Below, piece after piece: positions 30,923 through 40,262 of a stretch of DNA of 64,000 bases (its first letter is position 1; the number at the start of each line of letters is the position of its first letter). The position numbers were made by a program, and so were the translations under genes. The notes under the pieces were generated by a model. It was not told where the DNA came from. It worked only from the letters and a program-made list of their open reading frames with translations, and searched no databases. Source of the stretch: Thiotrichaceae bacterium UBA973 (GTDB lineage: Bacteria; Pseudomonadota; Gammaproteobacteria; Eutrophobiales; Eutrophobiaceae); NCBI GenBank assembly GCA_002292815.1, contig DBBX01000010.1:21838-85837 (forward strand). Reading direction: 5' to 3'.

Positions 30923-33900
30923 ATGGCAGCACCAGAAAAATTGGTAAGCAGAAATCTAGTGTCTGAGAAATACAAAGCTCAGAATCATATTCGTTTCATC
31001 ACGGCGGCTAGCCTGTTTGATGGACATGATGCTGCCATTAATATTATGCGTCGTATTTTACAGTCAACTGGCGTCGAGGTTATTCATCTTGGCCATAATC
31101 GCTCAGTCGGCGAAATTATTAATGCTGCAATTCAAGAAGATGTTCAAGGGATTGCTATTAGTTCCTATCAGGGTGGCCATGTTGAATATTTCAAATACAT
31201 GGTAGATCTACTTAAAGAACGCGGCGCGTCTCACATAAAGGTGTTTGGTGGCGGTGGCGGCGTGATTGTTCCGGAGGAAATTGCTGAACTTGAAAAATAT
31301 GGTGTGACACGTATCTACTCTCCCGAAGACGGACAGAGAATGCAGTTGCAAGGCATCATAAATGAAATGGTTGAGGGTGCTGATGTTGATTTATCCAACA
31401 AGGATATCCCTGAAAATAATAATAATTTTTTGCATAACGGTTACGGTCAACTTGCTCGTTTGATTACAGCGATAGATGAAGGTGTCATTGCTGAAAGTCG
31501 TCTCAGCATATTGACGGAAGAAGCGAAGAAATACAGCAAAATCCCAGTATTGGGAATTACCGGCACAGGCGGTTCTGGTAAATCGTCATTGACTGATGAA
31601 TTAATTCGTCGTTTTAATCTTGACCTTGATGAACTGAAAATTGCAATTATCGCCATCGATCCGACTAAACGTAAAACGGGTGGGGCACTTCTCGGCGATC
31701 GTATTCGAATGAACGCACTTAATGTTCCGAATATTTATTTTCGATCAATCGCAACACGCGGAACAACAGGAGAAGTGCCTAATTCACTGACGCATATCAT
31801 TGACCTATGTAAAGTTTCTGAATTTGATCTAATCATTGTTGAGACGCCAGGAATAGGTCAGGGTGACGCGGGGATCGTACCGCATGTCAATACATCGATG
31901 TATGTCATGACACCAGAATTTGGCGCTGCGAGCCAGCTTGAAAAAATTGATATGCTCGATTTTGCCGACGTGGTTGTGATTAATAAATACGATCGAAAAG
32001 GTGGTGAAGATGCCTTGCGCGATGTGCGCAAACAATATCAACGTAATAATGAATTGTTTTCAACCGCAGTTGAAGAATTGCCAATATACGGAACCATTGC
32101 TTCAAAATTCAATGATGTTGGCGTGACTTCTTTATATCACGGCTTACTCACTATTTTTAAAGAAAAAAACTTGAACAGTTGGCATGGAGAGTTTTTTGCA
32201 CCGCTAGACTCAAAATGTTCTACCAGTAGAACAGTGATAGTTGCCGCTGAACGGCAGCGTTATCTCGCAGAAATCGCAGAGACAGTTCGAGATTATCATA
32301 AGACTTCAACTGAGCAGGTAAAGATTGCACGTGAACGACAGCAGTTAATAGAATCAAAAAAAATGCTCGAGTCATCTGGTGCAAAGAATAATGCTTTGGA
32401 TGTCTTGATAGAAAAGCGTGAAGATAAACTTGATCCACGTTGCCGAAAATTACTTCAGATGTGGCCAAAACTTAAGAAAGATTATGCTGCTGATGAATAC
32501 GTCGTGGATGTTAGAGGCAAAGCATTACACACGAAAATAATTAGTCACACACTTTCTAATACCCGTATTCCAAAGGTTTCATTGCCACGTTATCAGGATG
32601 AAGGAGAAATTCTGCGCTTCCTGCTTGAAGAAAATGTGCCCGGAAAATTTCCTTATACTGCCGGAGTATTTGCCTTTAAACGAGAAGGCGAAGATCCAAC
32701 ACGTATGTTTGCTGGAGAAGGAGATCCCTCTCGTACCAATCGTCGTTTCAAATACCTGTCTAAGAATTCTGATGCAACCCGTCTTTCGACGGCATTTGAT
32801 TCAGTTACGCTCTATGGGAATGATCCTGGTGAGCGTCCAGATATTTACGGGAAGATTGGGAATTCAGGCGTGTCAGTTGCAACACTAGATGATATGAAAG
32901 CGCTCTATGATGGGATTGATTTGTGCTTGCCGACGACATCAGTTTCACTCACCATCAACGGTCCAGCGCCAACAATCCTGGCTTTATTTCTGGTCACGGC
33001 AATCGAACAACAATACGCCAAATTTGAAAAAGATAATGGTAGAAAAGCTACAGCTGAAGAAAAATTAAAAATCAAAGACTGGTCTCTGGAAAATGTTCGT
33101 GGCACCGTTCAAGCTGATATTCTTAAGGAAGATCAGGGGCAGAACACCTGTATTTTTTCAACTGAATTTAGTCTCAAGTTAATGGGTGATATACAACAGT
33201 ATTTCGTCGATAAAAATGTTAAGAATTTCTATTCAGTCTCTATCTCCGGTTATCACATCGCAGAAGCAGGTGCGAATCCTATCTCACAATTGGCATTTAC
33301 TTTAGCCAATGGTTTCACATACGTCGAAACATATCTATCACGTGGAATGGATATCGATGACTTTGCAGGGAACCTTTCGTTCTTTTTCTCTAACGGCATG
33401 GATACTGAATATACTGTTATGGGACGTGTTGCTCGCCGTATATGGTCTACGACGATGCGTTTTAAATATGGTGCGAATGAACGCAGCCAGAAATTGAAAT
33501 ATCATATTCAGACCTCAGGTCGTTCCTTGCATGCGCAAGAAATAGACTTCAATGATATTAGAACGACCTTACAAGCTTTAATTGCGATCAATGATAATTG
33601 TAATAGTTTGCACACTAATGCTTATGATGAGGCGATTACTACGCCAACAGAAGATTCAGTGCGCAGAGCAATGGCAATACAATTGATCATTAATCAAGAA
33701 TATGGCCTTTCCAAAAATGAGAATTCGCTTCAAGGTTCTTTCATTGTAGAGGAGTTAACCAATCTGGTTGAAGAAGCCGTTCTACAAGAGTTTGATCGAA
33801 TGTCAGAACGCGGTGGTGTGCTTGGTTCAATGGAAACGGGTTATCAACGAGGTAAGATTCAAGATGAATCGATGCAGTATGAAATGCTAAAGCATAGTGG

Positions 33901-34198
33901 TGAACTCCCTATTATTGGCGTCAATACTTTCGAAAATCCAAATGCAGATGAACAGACAAAAGATATCGAGTTGGCCCGTTCAACTGAAGCAGAGAAGCAA
34001 AGCCAGTTGAGCCGTCTCGAAGATTTTCATTCGCGACATAAAGATCAAAGTGAAAATCATATTGAGAAACTGAAAAAAGCTGCACAAAATAATGAAAACG
34101 TTTTCGCAGTTTTAATGGATGCTGTTGAGCACTGTTCACTCGGTCAAATAACGAATGCATTCTTCGAAGTTGGCGGTCAATATCGCAGGAATATGTAG
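30923..34198 (+). CDS. icmF: Fused isobutyryl-CoA mutase / MeaI GTPase (AdoCbl-dependent)
   Basis: N-terminal B12-binding domain ([13 protein letters not shown]), P-loop GTGGSGKSS, mutase domain with PTRMFAG (Phe specificity residue), ends GGQYRRNM; 1091 aa. Confidence 0.95.
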   Translation: MAAPEKLVSRNLVSEKYKAQNHIRFITAASLFDGHDAAINIMRRILQSTGVEVIHLGHNRSVGEIINAAIQEDVQGIAISSYQGGHVEYFKYMVDLLKERGASHIKVFGGGGGVIVPEEIAELEKYGVTRIYSPEDGQRMQLQGIINEMVEGADVDLSNKDIPENNNNFLHNGYGQLARLITAIDEGVIAESRLSILTEEAKKYSKIPVLGITGTGGSGKSSLTDELIRRFNLDLDELKIAIIAIDPTKRKTGGALLGDRIRMNALNVPNIYFRSIATRGTTGEVPNSLTHIIDLCKVSEFDLIIVETPGIGQGDAGIVPHVNTSMYVMTPEFGAASQLEKIDMLDFADVVVINKYDRKGGEDALRDVRKQYQRNNELFSTAVEELPIYGTIASKFNDVGVTSLYHGLLTIFKEKNLNSWHGEFFAPLDSKCSTSRTVIVAAERQRYLAEIAETVRDYHKTSTEQVKIARERQQLIESKKMLESSGAKNNALDVLIEKREDKLDPRCRKLLQMWPKLKKDYAADEYVVDVRGKALHTKIISHTLSNTRIPKVSLPRYQDEGEILRFLLEENVPGKFPYTAGVFAFKREGEDPTRMFAGEGDPSRTNRRFKYLSKNSDATRLSTAFDSVTLYGNDPGERPDIYGKIGNSGVSVATLDDMKALYDGIDLCLPTTSVSLTINGPAPTILALFLVTAIEQQYAKFEKDNGRKATAEEKLKIKDWSLENVRGTVQADILKEDQGQNTCIFSTEFSLKLMGDIQQYFVDKNVKNFYSVSISGYHIAEAGANPISQLAFTLANGFTYVETYLSRGMDIDDFAGNLSFFFSNGMDTEYTVMGRVARRIWSTTMRFKYGANERSQKLKYHIQTSGRSLHAQEIDFNDIRTTLQALIAINDNCNSLHTNAYDEAITTPTEDSVRRAMAIQLIINQEYGLSKNENSLQGSFIVEELTNLVEEAVLQEFDRMSERGGVLGSMETGYQRGKIQDESMQYEMLKHSGELPIIGVNTFENPNADEQTKDIELARSTEAEKQSQLSRLEDFHSRHKDQSENHIEKLKKAAQNNENVFAVLMDAVEHCSLGQITNAFFEVGGQYRRNM

Positions 34199-34211
34199 GC
34201 CGTAGTTTTAA

Positions 34212-34994
34212 ATGCGTATTGTCTCAACTACCTGTTCCAATACAGAGATTGTTTGTGCACTAGGTTGTGCAGAATATTTAGTCGGTGTTGATAACCACTC
34301 CGATCACCCAGAAGAAGTCGTCTCCAGCTTGCCAAGAGTAGGGCCTGATCTTCAAGTTGATGCAGAAGTAATTTCCCAACTGAAACCTGATCTAGTATTG
34401 GCTTCCTTAACTGTCCCAGGTCACGAGAAGGTTATCGATTCTTTAAAACATGCAGGATTACCTTATTGGGCATCTGCCCCAGAATCATTAGCAGCGGTAT
34501 ACCAGGATATTGATGACATTGCACAACAGTTAGGTGTTGCCGATCGCGGCACACAATTGATTGAAGATATGCAACAGGAAATTAGACCAGTCGATGATTC
34601 AGGTAAGCAGCGTCCTTCAATAGCAGTACAGTGGTGGCCAAAGCCAATCATAGTAGCGGCAAGAAAAAGCTGGGTTCACGATCTGATCGAATTAGCAGGT
34701 GGAAGTAATGCGTTAGAAGAATTTGAAGAAATAAGTTTGCCGCTTGAGTTTGAACAATTTTCCAAGTTGAATCCAGACATCATTGCCATCTCATGGTGTG
34801 GTGTTAAAGAAGATAAATATCGCCCCTCGGTAATAAGTGATAATCCATCGTTAAGTTCTGTATCAGCTGTTCGAAATCAACGATTAGTTTCAATTTCCGA
34901 AGCATTCTTGGGTAGACCTTCAGTGCGATTGGTTGAAGGCTATAAGCTGTTGAAAGCTGCAGTGGATAAGTATAATCAAGAAACTAGTTTGTGA
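34212..34994 (+). CDS. Cobalamin-binding BtuF-like protein (TroA/helical-backbone fold) without signal peptide
   Basis: MRIVS...SNTEI..ALG....LVGVD..SD.P, L.PDLVL, SW..DLI..AGG.N, RP..RL; in-frame TAA immediately before the ATG. Confidence 0.8.
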   Translation: MRIVSTTCSNTEIVCALGCAEYLVGVDNHSDHPEEVVSSLPRVGPDLQVDAEVISQLKPDLVLASLTVPGHEKVIDSLKHAGLPYWASAPESLAAVYQDIDDIAQQLGVADRGTQLIEDMQQEIRPVDDSGKQRPSIAVQWWPKPIIVAARKSWVHDLIELAGGSNALEEFEEISLPLEFEQFSKLNPDIIAISWCGVKEDKYRPSVISDNPSLSSVSAVRNQRLVSISEAFLGRPSVRLVEGYKLLKAAVDKYNQETSL

Positions 34995-35027
34995 AATTAA
35001 TCATTTAGACCTTTCTGGGTCAAATCA

Positions 35028-35255
35028 TTATTCTATAGTGGCGATAATATCGCCTTCTTTTAAAACCACTTCACATTCTTTCTTGATAGTTAATTTTCCA
35101 GCGCAGGGCGCAGGAAATTCAAGCGATGCTTTTTCAATCATGATATCTGCTAGTACGGCATCTTTTTCTACATCATCACCATCTTCGAAATACCAAGCAA
35201 CAATGACCGCTTCTGCACCATCTTCAACAATATCGTTTGTAATTATTATATCCAT
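35028..35255 (-). CDS. Stand-alone lipoyl-carrier domain protein
   Basis: W....GD.V.....LA.I..EKA..E.PAP..G.L.......V..G..IA.I; 75 aa with no catalytic domain. Confidence 0.85.
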   Translation of the reverse strand: MDIIITNDIVEDGAEAVIVAWYFEDGDDVEKDAVLADIMIEKASLEFPAPCAGKLTIKKECEVVLKEGDIIATIE

Positions 35256-35259
35256 GTTA

Positions 35260-36276
35260 TTAATCCTTCATCATATCTTTGACGGTATTAAAAATTTTAT
35301 CTTTGTTTGGTAGTGCGAATTGTTCCATCGCACGGGTAAAGGGTATTGGAATATCCGGGAATGCAATTCGTTGTGGAGATGTTTTGAAAACACTGCTGTC
35401 TTGTTCTGCAACCGATGAAATAATTTCACCACTAACACCGTAGCTGATGTAATCATCATCAATTACTAATAGACGGCCAGTCTTGGAAACTGAATTAAAT
35501 ACCGTGTCACGATCTAGTGGCACTAAAGTTCGCAGGTCAACAACTTCTGCCTCAACACCCTCTTTAGCTAAGGCTTCTGCTGCATCAAGCGCCATGTGAA
35601 CTGTTACACCCAAGCCAACGAGAGTGATGTCTTTACCTTCGCGAACAATGGCAGCTTCACCAAAGGGAATGCCATAGGTTTCTTTTGGCACATCCACGAT
35701 TGAACCTTTAACAGTACCTAGCCAGCCCATACCTTGTAGGTTTTTATGAAGCATGAAAATAACTGGATTATCATCGGCTACAGCGGTATGCATTAGGCCT
35801 TTTGCATCATACGCATTTGAAGGAACAACTACCTTCATTCCTGGCAAATGCGCAAAGGTGCCGTATAAACATTGGCTGTGTTGTCCTGCATCACCATAAC
35901 CACCACCGACTGAGGTCATCAGCACCATAGGAATAGGTTGATTGCCTCCTGAGAAATAGCAATTTTTAGCTGCAAGATTATAAATAGCGTCCATGCAAAC
36001 GCCGAAAAAATCGACAAACATGAGTTCTACTATCGGGCGCATCCCTACCGCAGCGGCACCTACTGCAGAGCCAATAAAGGCTGTCTCCGAGATAGGGGTA
36101 TCACGAACTCGTTCAGGCCCGAATTTATCCAGCAAACCGGTTGTGGTGCCAAAGACGCCTCCGAGTTTGGCAATATCTTCGCCCATGACAAAAACATTAT
36201 TATCAGCTTCCATTTCTTGAGAAATAGCTTCACTGATTGCCTTCGCGGTGGTTAATTTACGTTTTGGTGTGGCCAT
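35260..36276 (-). CDS. 2-oxoacid/acetoin dehydrogenase E1 beta subunit
   Basis: GEDI...GGVFG.T.GL...FG..RV.DTPISE, ELMFVDF, QHSQ, DLRTLVPLD. Confidence 0.92.
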   Translation of the reverse strand: MATPKRKLTTAKAISEAISQEMEADNNVFVMGEDIAKLGGVFGTTTGLLDKFGPERVRDTPISETAFIGSAVGAAAVGMRPIVELMFVDFFGVCMDAIYNLAAKNCYFSGGNQPIPMVLMTSVGGGYGDAGQHSQCLYGTFAHLPGMKVVVPSNAYDAKGLMHTAVADDNPVIFMLHKNLQGMGWLGTVKGSIVDVPKETYGIPFGEAAIVREGKDITLVGLGVTVHMALDAAEALAKEGVEAEVVDLRTLVPLDRDTVFNSVSKTGRLLVIDDDYISYGVSGEIISSVAEQDSSVFKTSPQRIAFPDIPIPFTRAMEQFALPNKDKIFNTVKDMMKD

Positions 36277-36285
36277 TATTCTCTC

Positions 36286-37272
36286 CTAAGCAAAGACTTT
36301 TTCTAGTGCTTCAGCGGGTTCGGGTTCAGCTGCTGCCCGGGCAAACTCAAAGGCCTCATCGACCTCGGTATGCATAGCATTCTCAATGTTCTTCAGGGCA
36401 GCTTCATCTAAGGCGCCACTCTCTAATAAATGAGTTCGAAACGCTGGAATAGGGTCTTTCGAGAAAAGACCATCTTTTTCACCCTCAGGGCGATAGGCTT
36501 CAGCATCGCCCATAAAGTGGCCAGCCAAACGATAAGTTTCTATTTCTATCAGACTAGGACCATCTCCCGCCCGTGCTCTGTTAATAGCACGTTCTGCAGC
36601 AGCGTAAATAGCCAAAGGGTCATTGCCTTCTACATATTCACCGGGGATTCCATAGGCTGCCGCACGGACATCGTTTCTAGGTACTGCTGTTGCGTCTGTT
36701 TTTGCGACAGAGATGCCCCAGGCATTGTCTTCAATAATACAAACAAAGGGGAGATTCCATACTGCGGCAAGGTTCATGGTTTCATGAAAGGCCCCTTGGT
36801 TAGCAGCGCCTTCGCCAATAAAGGCGATAGCAACACCGGGCTCATTGCGCAGTTTTCGTGCCAGCGCTACTCCCGCTGCAGGACCCATACCTTCAGCAAT
36901 GATGCCGCTACAGGCAAAATTCACATCGGTATCAAATAAATGCATATGACCACCGCGACCGCCAGATAGGCCCGTCTTCTTACCAAATATCTCTGCAGTC
37001 ATAGCCTTTAAATTAACACCCTTGGCTATGGCGATATGGTGTGGTCGATGAGTTGCAAATACTGCATCGTCGGCATTGAGGTGGGCACAAACACCAACAG
37101 CGCAGGGTTCCTGGCCATTAGAAAGGTGCATTTCGCCGGGGACAGGGCCGTTGGCCATGTTAAATACGGGTTGCTTGCCTTCTAGATAAGCAGCCTCCAT
37201 GCATTCTTCGTAATAACGGCTTTTGAACATATTTTCATACATCCAGCTCTGCTTCTTTGCATCGGCTTGCAT
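36286..37272 (-). CDS. 2-oxoacid/acetoin dehydrogenase E1 alpha subunit (ThDP-dependent)
   Basis: G.MHL..GQE, THRPH, G.GGHMH, ThDP motif GEGA..QG..HE..N...EDN, TYR..GHF.GD. Confidence 0.92.
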   Translation of the reverse strand: MQADAKKQSWMYENMFKSRYYEECMEAAYLEGKQPVFNMANGPVPGEMHLSNGQEPCAVGVCAHLNADDAVFATHRPHHIAIAKGVNLKAMTAEIFGKKTGLSGGRGGHMHLFDTDVNFACSGIIAEGMGPAAGVALARKLRNEPGVAIAFIGEGAANQGAFHETMNLAAVWNLPFVCIIEDNAWGISVAKTDATAVPRNDVRAAAYGIPGEYVEGNDPLAIYAAAERAINRARAGDGPSLIEIETYRLAGHFMGDAEAYRPEGEKDGLFSKDPIPAFRTHLLESGALDEAALKNIENAMHTEVDEAFEFARAAAEPEPAEALEKVFA

Positions 37273-37552
37273 CGAGAGGATCTCCTGGTCAATTTAGTCA
37301 AAATTAAACTGTTACGATTTTTACATCATATAACCTCTGGTCTTATTTACAAACCTGAAGATTTTTTAGAGGCACAAAATTCATAGTGTATGAACTACAT
37401 TGATACAGAAGAGGAATGAAGTACTCAATAAAGCTAATTCGTTTGTAAAAACTAAATTTCGCTGTACAGTTCAATCACTTTTTTGCAGCAATTCAAGAAT
37501 CAGAATTGTTATAAACAAAATGACGCACTAAAACGCAACTGGGAGGGCCTTT

Positions 37553-38524
37553 GTGCTTGAAGTAAATTCATCCGCAACCATTGAATCTGGGAACGGATTT
37601 AAACGCATGTTTGTTGAAGATAAACTATCGCTGGGAATATTTTTTCCACTTGAATCTTTCGAAAGTGATGTTCCGGCAATGCAAGATCAAGAGCGTCTTG
37701 CTAAATTGACCGAAGAATTGGGTTATGCGGCGCTTTGGTTCAGAGATGTCCCTTTACGTGATCCTAGTTTTGGTGATGTTGGTCAAATCTTTGATATCTG
37801 GGTTTATCTCAGTTGGATAGCTGCTCAGACCAAAGATATTGCACTTGCAACAGGTTCAGTCATTTTACCGATCCGACACCCACTACATACTGCGAAAGCG
37901 GCTGCGTCTATAGACCAATTATCAAATGGCAGATTGGTATTAGGGGTTGCCTCTGGAGATAGACCTGTAGAATTCCCGGCATTTAATGTTGATATTGAGA
38001 CAAGAGGCGAACTATTTAGAGACCATTTCGAAGCGATGAAACAAGCTTTGGAAGAAAATTTCCCACACATTCAGAGTCAATCATCAATTTTGAAAGGAAT
38101 GGCGGACACCATACCCAAGGCGGTAGGTAAATTACCATTTCTGGTTACCGGAAACAGCCAGCAGAATTTAGGTTGGATAGCAGCTAATGCAGACGGTTGG
38201 ATTACTTATCCACGGCCTATTAATCAGCAAGCGAACAAAATACAAGAATGGCGTGAAGAGTTGAAAAAAAATGCTAATGAACAATTCAAACCGTTTGCGC
38301 AATCGTTTTATATTGATTTAAGCGAAGATCCTGACGAAGCACCGACACCAATTCACCTTGGCTTCAGGGCTGGTACTAAAGTACTGACTGAATTTCTGAA
38401 ACAATGTCAGCTTATTGGGGTAAACCATGTGGCCTTGAATCTTAAAATCGGCAAACGACCGGCTGAAGAAGTTATTGCTGAAATCGGTGAGACAGTGCTC
38501 CCAAACTTTAGAATCAATTATTAA
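37553..38524 (+). CDS. Luciferase-like (LLM class) flavin-dependent oxidoreductase
   Basis: ALWFRDVP..DP.FGD.GQ, LP.RHP...AKAAASID.LS.GR..LGVASGDRP.EFPAF. Confidence 0.9.
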   Translation: MLEVNSSATIESGNGFKRMFVEDKLSLGIFFPLESFESDVPAMQDQERLAKLTEELGYAALWFRDVPLRDPSFGDVGQIFDIWVYLSWIAAQTKDIALATGSVILPIRHPLHTAKAAASIDQLSNGRLVLGVASGDRPVEFPAFNVDIETRGELFRDHFEAMKQALEENFPHIQSQSSILKGMADTIPKAVGKLPFLVTGNSQQNLGWIAANADGWITYPRPINQQANKIQEWREELKKNANEQFKPFAQSFYIDLSEDPDEAPTPIHLGFRAGTKVLTEFLKQCQLIGVNHVALNLKIGKRPAEEVIAEIGETVLPNFRINY

Positions 38525-38549
38525 ATAGTTACAAACGAAGAGAAAAAAG

Positions 38550-39395
38550 ATGATCAATAAAATTTATGCTATGGATTTCGCCTTTTACAATACACAAGGC
38601 GTCTACGATTTTGATGCTCAGTGCGAAATGGTTAAAGAGATTGGCTATGATGGAATTCATCGTTCCATCTGGGATGGCACGCGCTGGCAAACTGCAGACG
38701 TCCTCGCTACAGTTAAAGAAAAGCATGATCTTGATGCTACAGGCATTTATATTGTCCTTGATTTAGATTACCCGACAGATCACCCGCATAATAGTGGCAT
38801 TCTGACGCTACTTGAAAACATAGAAGGTTGTACTCAAATAGATCTATCCATACGCAGTGCTGGCAAGGGGATAACGCCGTCTTCAACGCAAGGAGATAAG
38901 CCTGTCAGTGAATGGCTAAGGCAGGCGTTGGCAATATGTGAGCGTCGCGGTATTGATATACTTTTATATACACACATAAAATTTTGGCTAGAACGACATA
39001 GTGATGCGGTTCGTTTATGCAGGGCAATCAACCATCCCAACCTTGGGATTGTGTTCACGAGTTTCCATTGGTATGCATTAGAAGGGGGCAGCCCAAGCCG
39101 CGTTCTCAACGAGATTTATCCTTTTCTACGTAAGGTGCATTTGTCAGGTAGTCGACAAAGTCCGCTGGGATTCGCCGGTGTTGCCACAGTAGAGCCCCTG
39201 GATGTGGGCGAATTAGACAACTTTGCCATCATTGGCGCCTTAAAAAATAAAGGTTACGAAGGTATGTTCGGTTATCTTGGTTGGGAAGAGGGGGGAGATC
39301 CCTATGTGAAATTAAAAAGATCACATGATGTGCTTCGAGATATGATTAAACGCGCTGACGATCACCCAGATTGGACAAGTCATGTCCCCGTTTAA
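38550..39395 (+). CDS. Sugar phosphate isomerase/epimerase-like TIM-barrel protein
   Basis: E.GYDG, LY.H..FW.E, HPNLG..F...HW, VHLSG, L..G.LD, GY.G. Confidence 0.75.
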   Translation: MINKIYAMDFAFYNTQGVYDFDAQCEMVKEIGYDGIHRSIWDGTRWQTADVLATVKEKHDLDATGIYIVLDLDYPTDHPHNSGILTLLENIEGCTQIDLSIRSAGKGITPSSTQGDKPVSEWLRQALAICERRGIDILLYTHIKFWLERHSDAVRLCRAINHPNLGIVFTSFHWYALEGGSPSRVLNEIYPFLRKVHLSGSRQSPLGFAGVATVEPLDVGELDNFAIIGALKNKGYEGMFGYLGWEEGGDPYVKLKRSHDVLRDMIKRADDHPDWTSHVPV

Positions 39396-39447
39396 AGTTA
39401 TGTAAAATGGGACATCAACACTCGTCATTGTAGGTGTTAAATATTGC

Positions 39448-39601
39448 TCATATGCCTTTAGAGCGTGTCCTCATAAAGCCATAACGGGCAATCACATCCG
39501 GGGTGTGTTAATGCTCCCGAAATTGCTAGATTAATTTTCTTCGATTCTTGGGTGAATATCACATACTATTAAGCATTGGCCTGTTTTGTTTAATGTCTTC
39601 C
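39448..39601 (-). pseudogene. Possible degraded 3' remnant of a ModA-like molybdate-binding protein gene
   Basis: Minus-strand fragments GQCLIVCDIHPRIEE and, in another frame, QFREH*HTPDVIARYGF resemble a ModA C-terminus; several stops and frameshifts. Confidence 0.3.
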
Positions 39602-39678
39602 AAGACTAATGAAAAAAGTAATGATTATTGAAACCATAAATGCATGGTCTTCTAATTCTCAATAAGAGGAGAAACAAG

Positions 39679-40233
39679 ATGTCAGATCGAATATTGAAAT
39701 TACTCGTTATTATTTTATTTTCTATTTGTTCCTTTTCAGTTAACGCTGAACCTGCCGAGCCTGAGCAAGCCAGCACATGCTCCATGAATAATAGCAAACT
39801 GGAAGAGATCATTCTTCGTTTGGACAAGGCCCCTGAAGGCGGCGATGGCTTATGGCAATTAAAAGTGGGCAATCATGCCGTTACTGTCATCACCGATGAG
39901 GATGCTGATCGAATGCGTATCGTTGTTCCCATCACGGAAACATCCGAACTCTCTGAGAAACACCTGTATCGAATCATGCAAGCAAACTTTGATAGCACTT
40001 TAGATGCACGGTATGCCATAGCCAAAGAAATATTATGGAGTGCTTATATACATCCGCTATCAACGTTAAGCGATGAAGACTTTTTAAGTGGACTGGGACA
40101 AACAGTCAACCTTGTTGATACTTTTGGCGGTAGCTTTTCTTCTGGCTCAAGCACCTTTATCGGTGGTGATACTAGTGACTTGAAAGAAAAAGAATTAATA
40201 AAAGAACTGCTAAAGAAGGGAAAAGCAATATAA
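39679..40233 (+). CDS. Exported hypothetical protein with a YbjN/CesT-like chaperone domain
   Basis: SD AGGAG before ATG 39679; signal peptide (VNA); D..ADRMRI..PI, MQANFD..LDARYAI....LWS.YIHPL..L. Confidence 0.7.
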   Translation: MSDRILKLLVIILFSICSFSVNAEPAEPEQASTCSMNNSKLEEIILRLDKAPEGGDGLWQLKVGNHAVTVITDEDADRMRIVVPITETSELSEKHLYRIMQANFDSTLDARYAIAKEILWSAYIHPLSTLSDEDFLSGLGQTVNLVDTFGGSFSSGSSTFIGGDTSDLKEKELIKELLKKGKAI

Positions 40234-40262
40234 AGCGATCATGAATTTAAAATAAAATAACT

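Noticed and set aside
36430-36939. 169-aa plus-strand ORF and the many other 60-135 aa overlapping ORFs in the track
   Set aside because: They are antisense or off-frame shadows of well-supported genes with no recognisable motifs.
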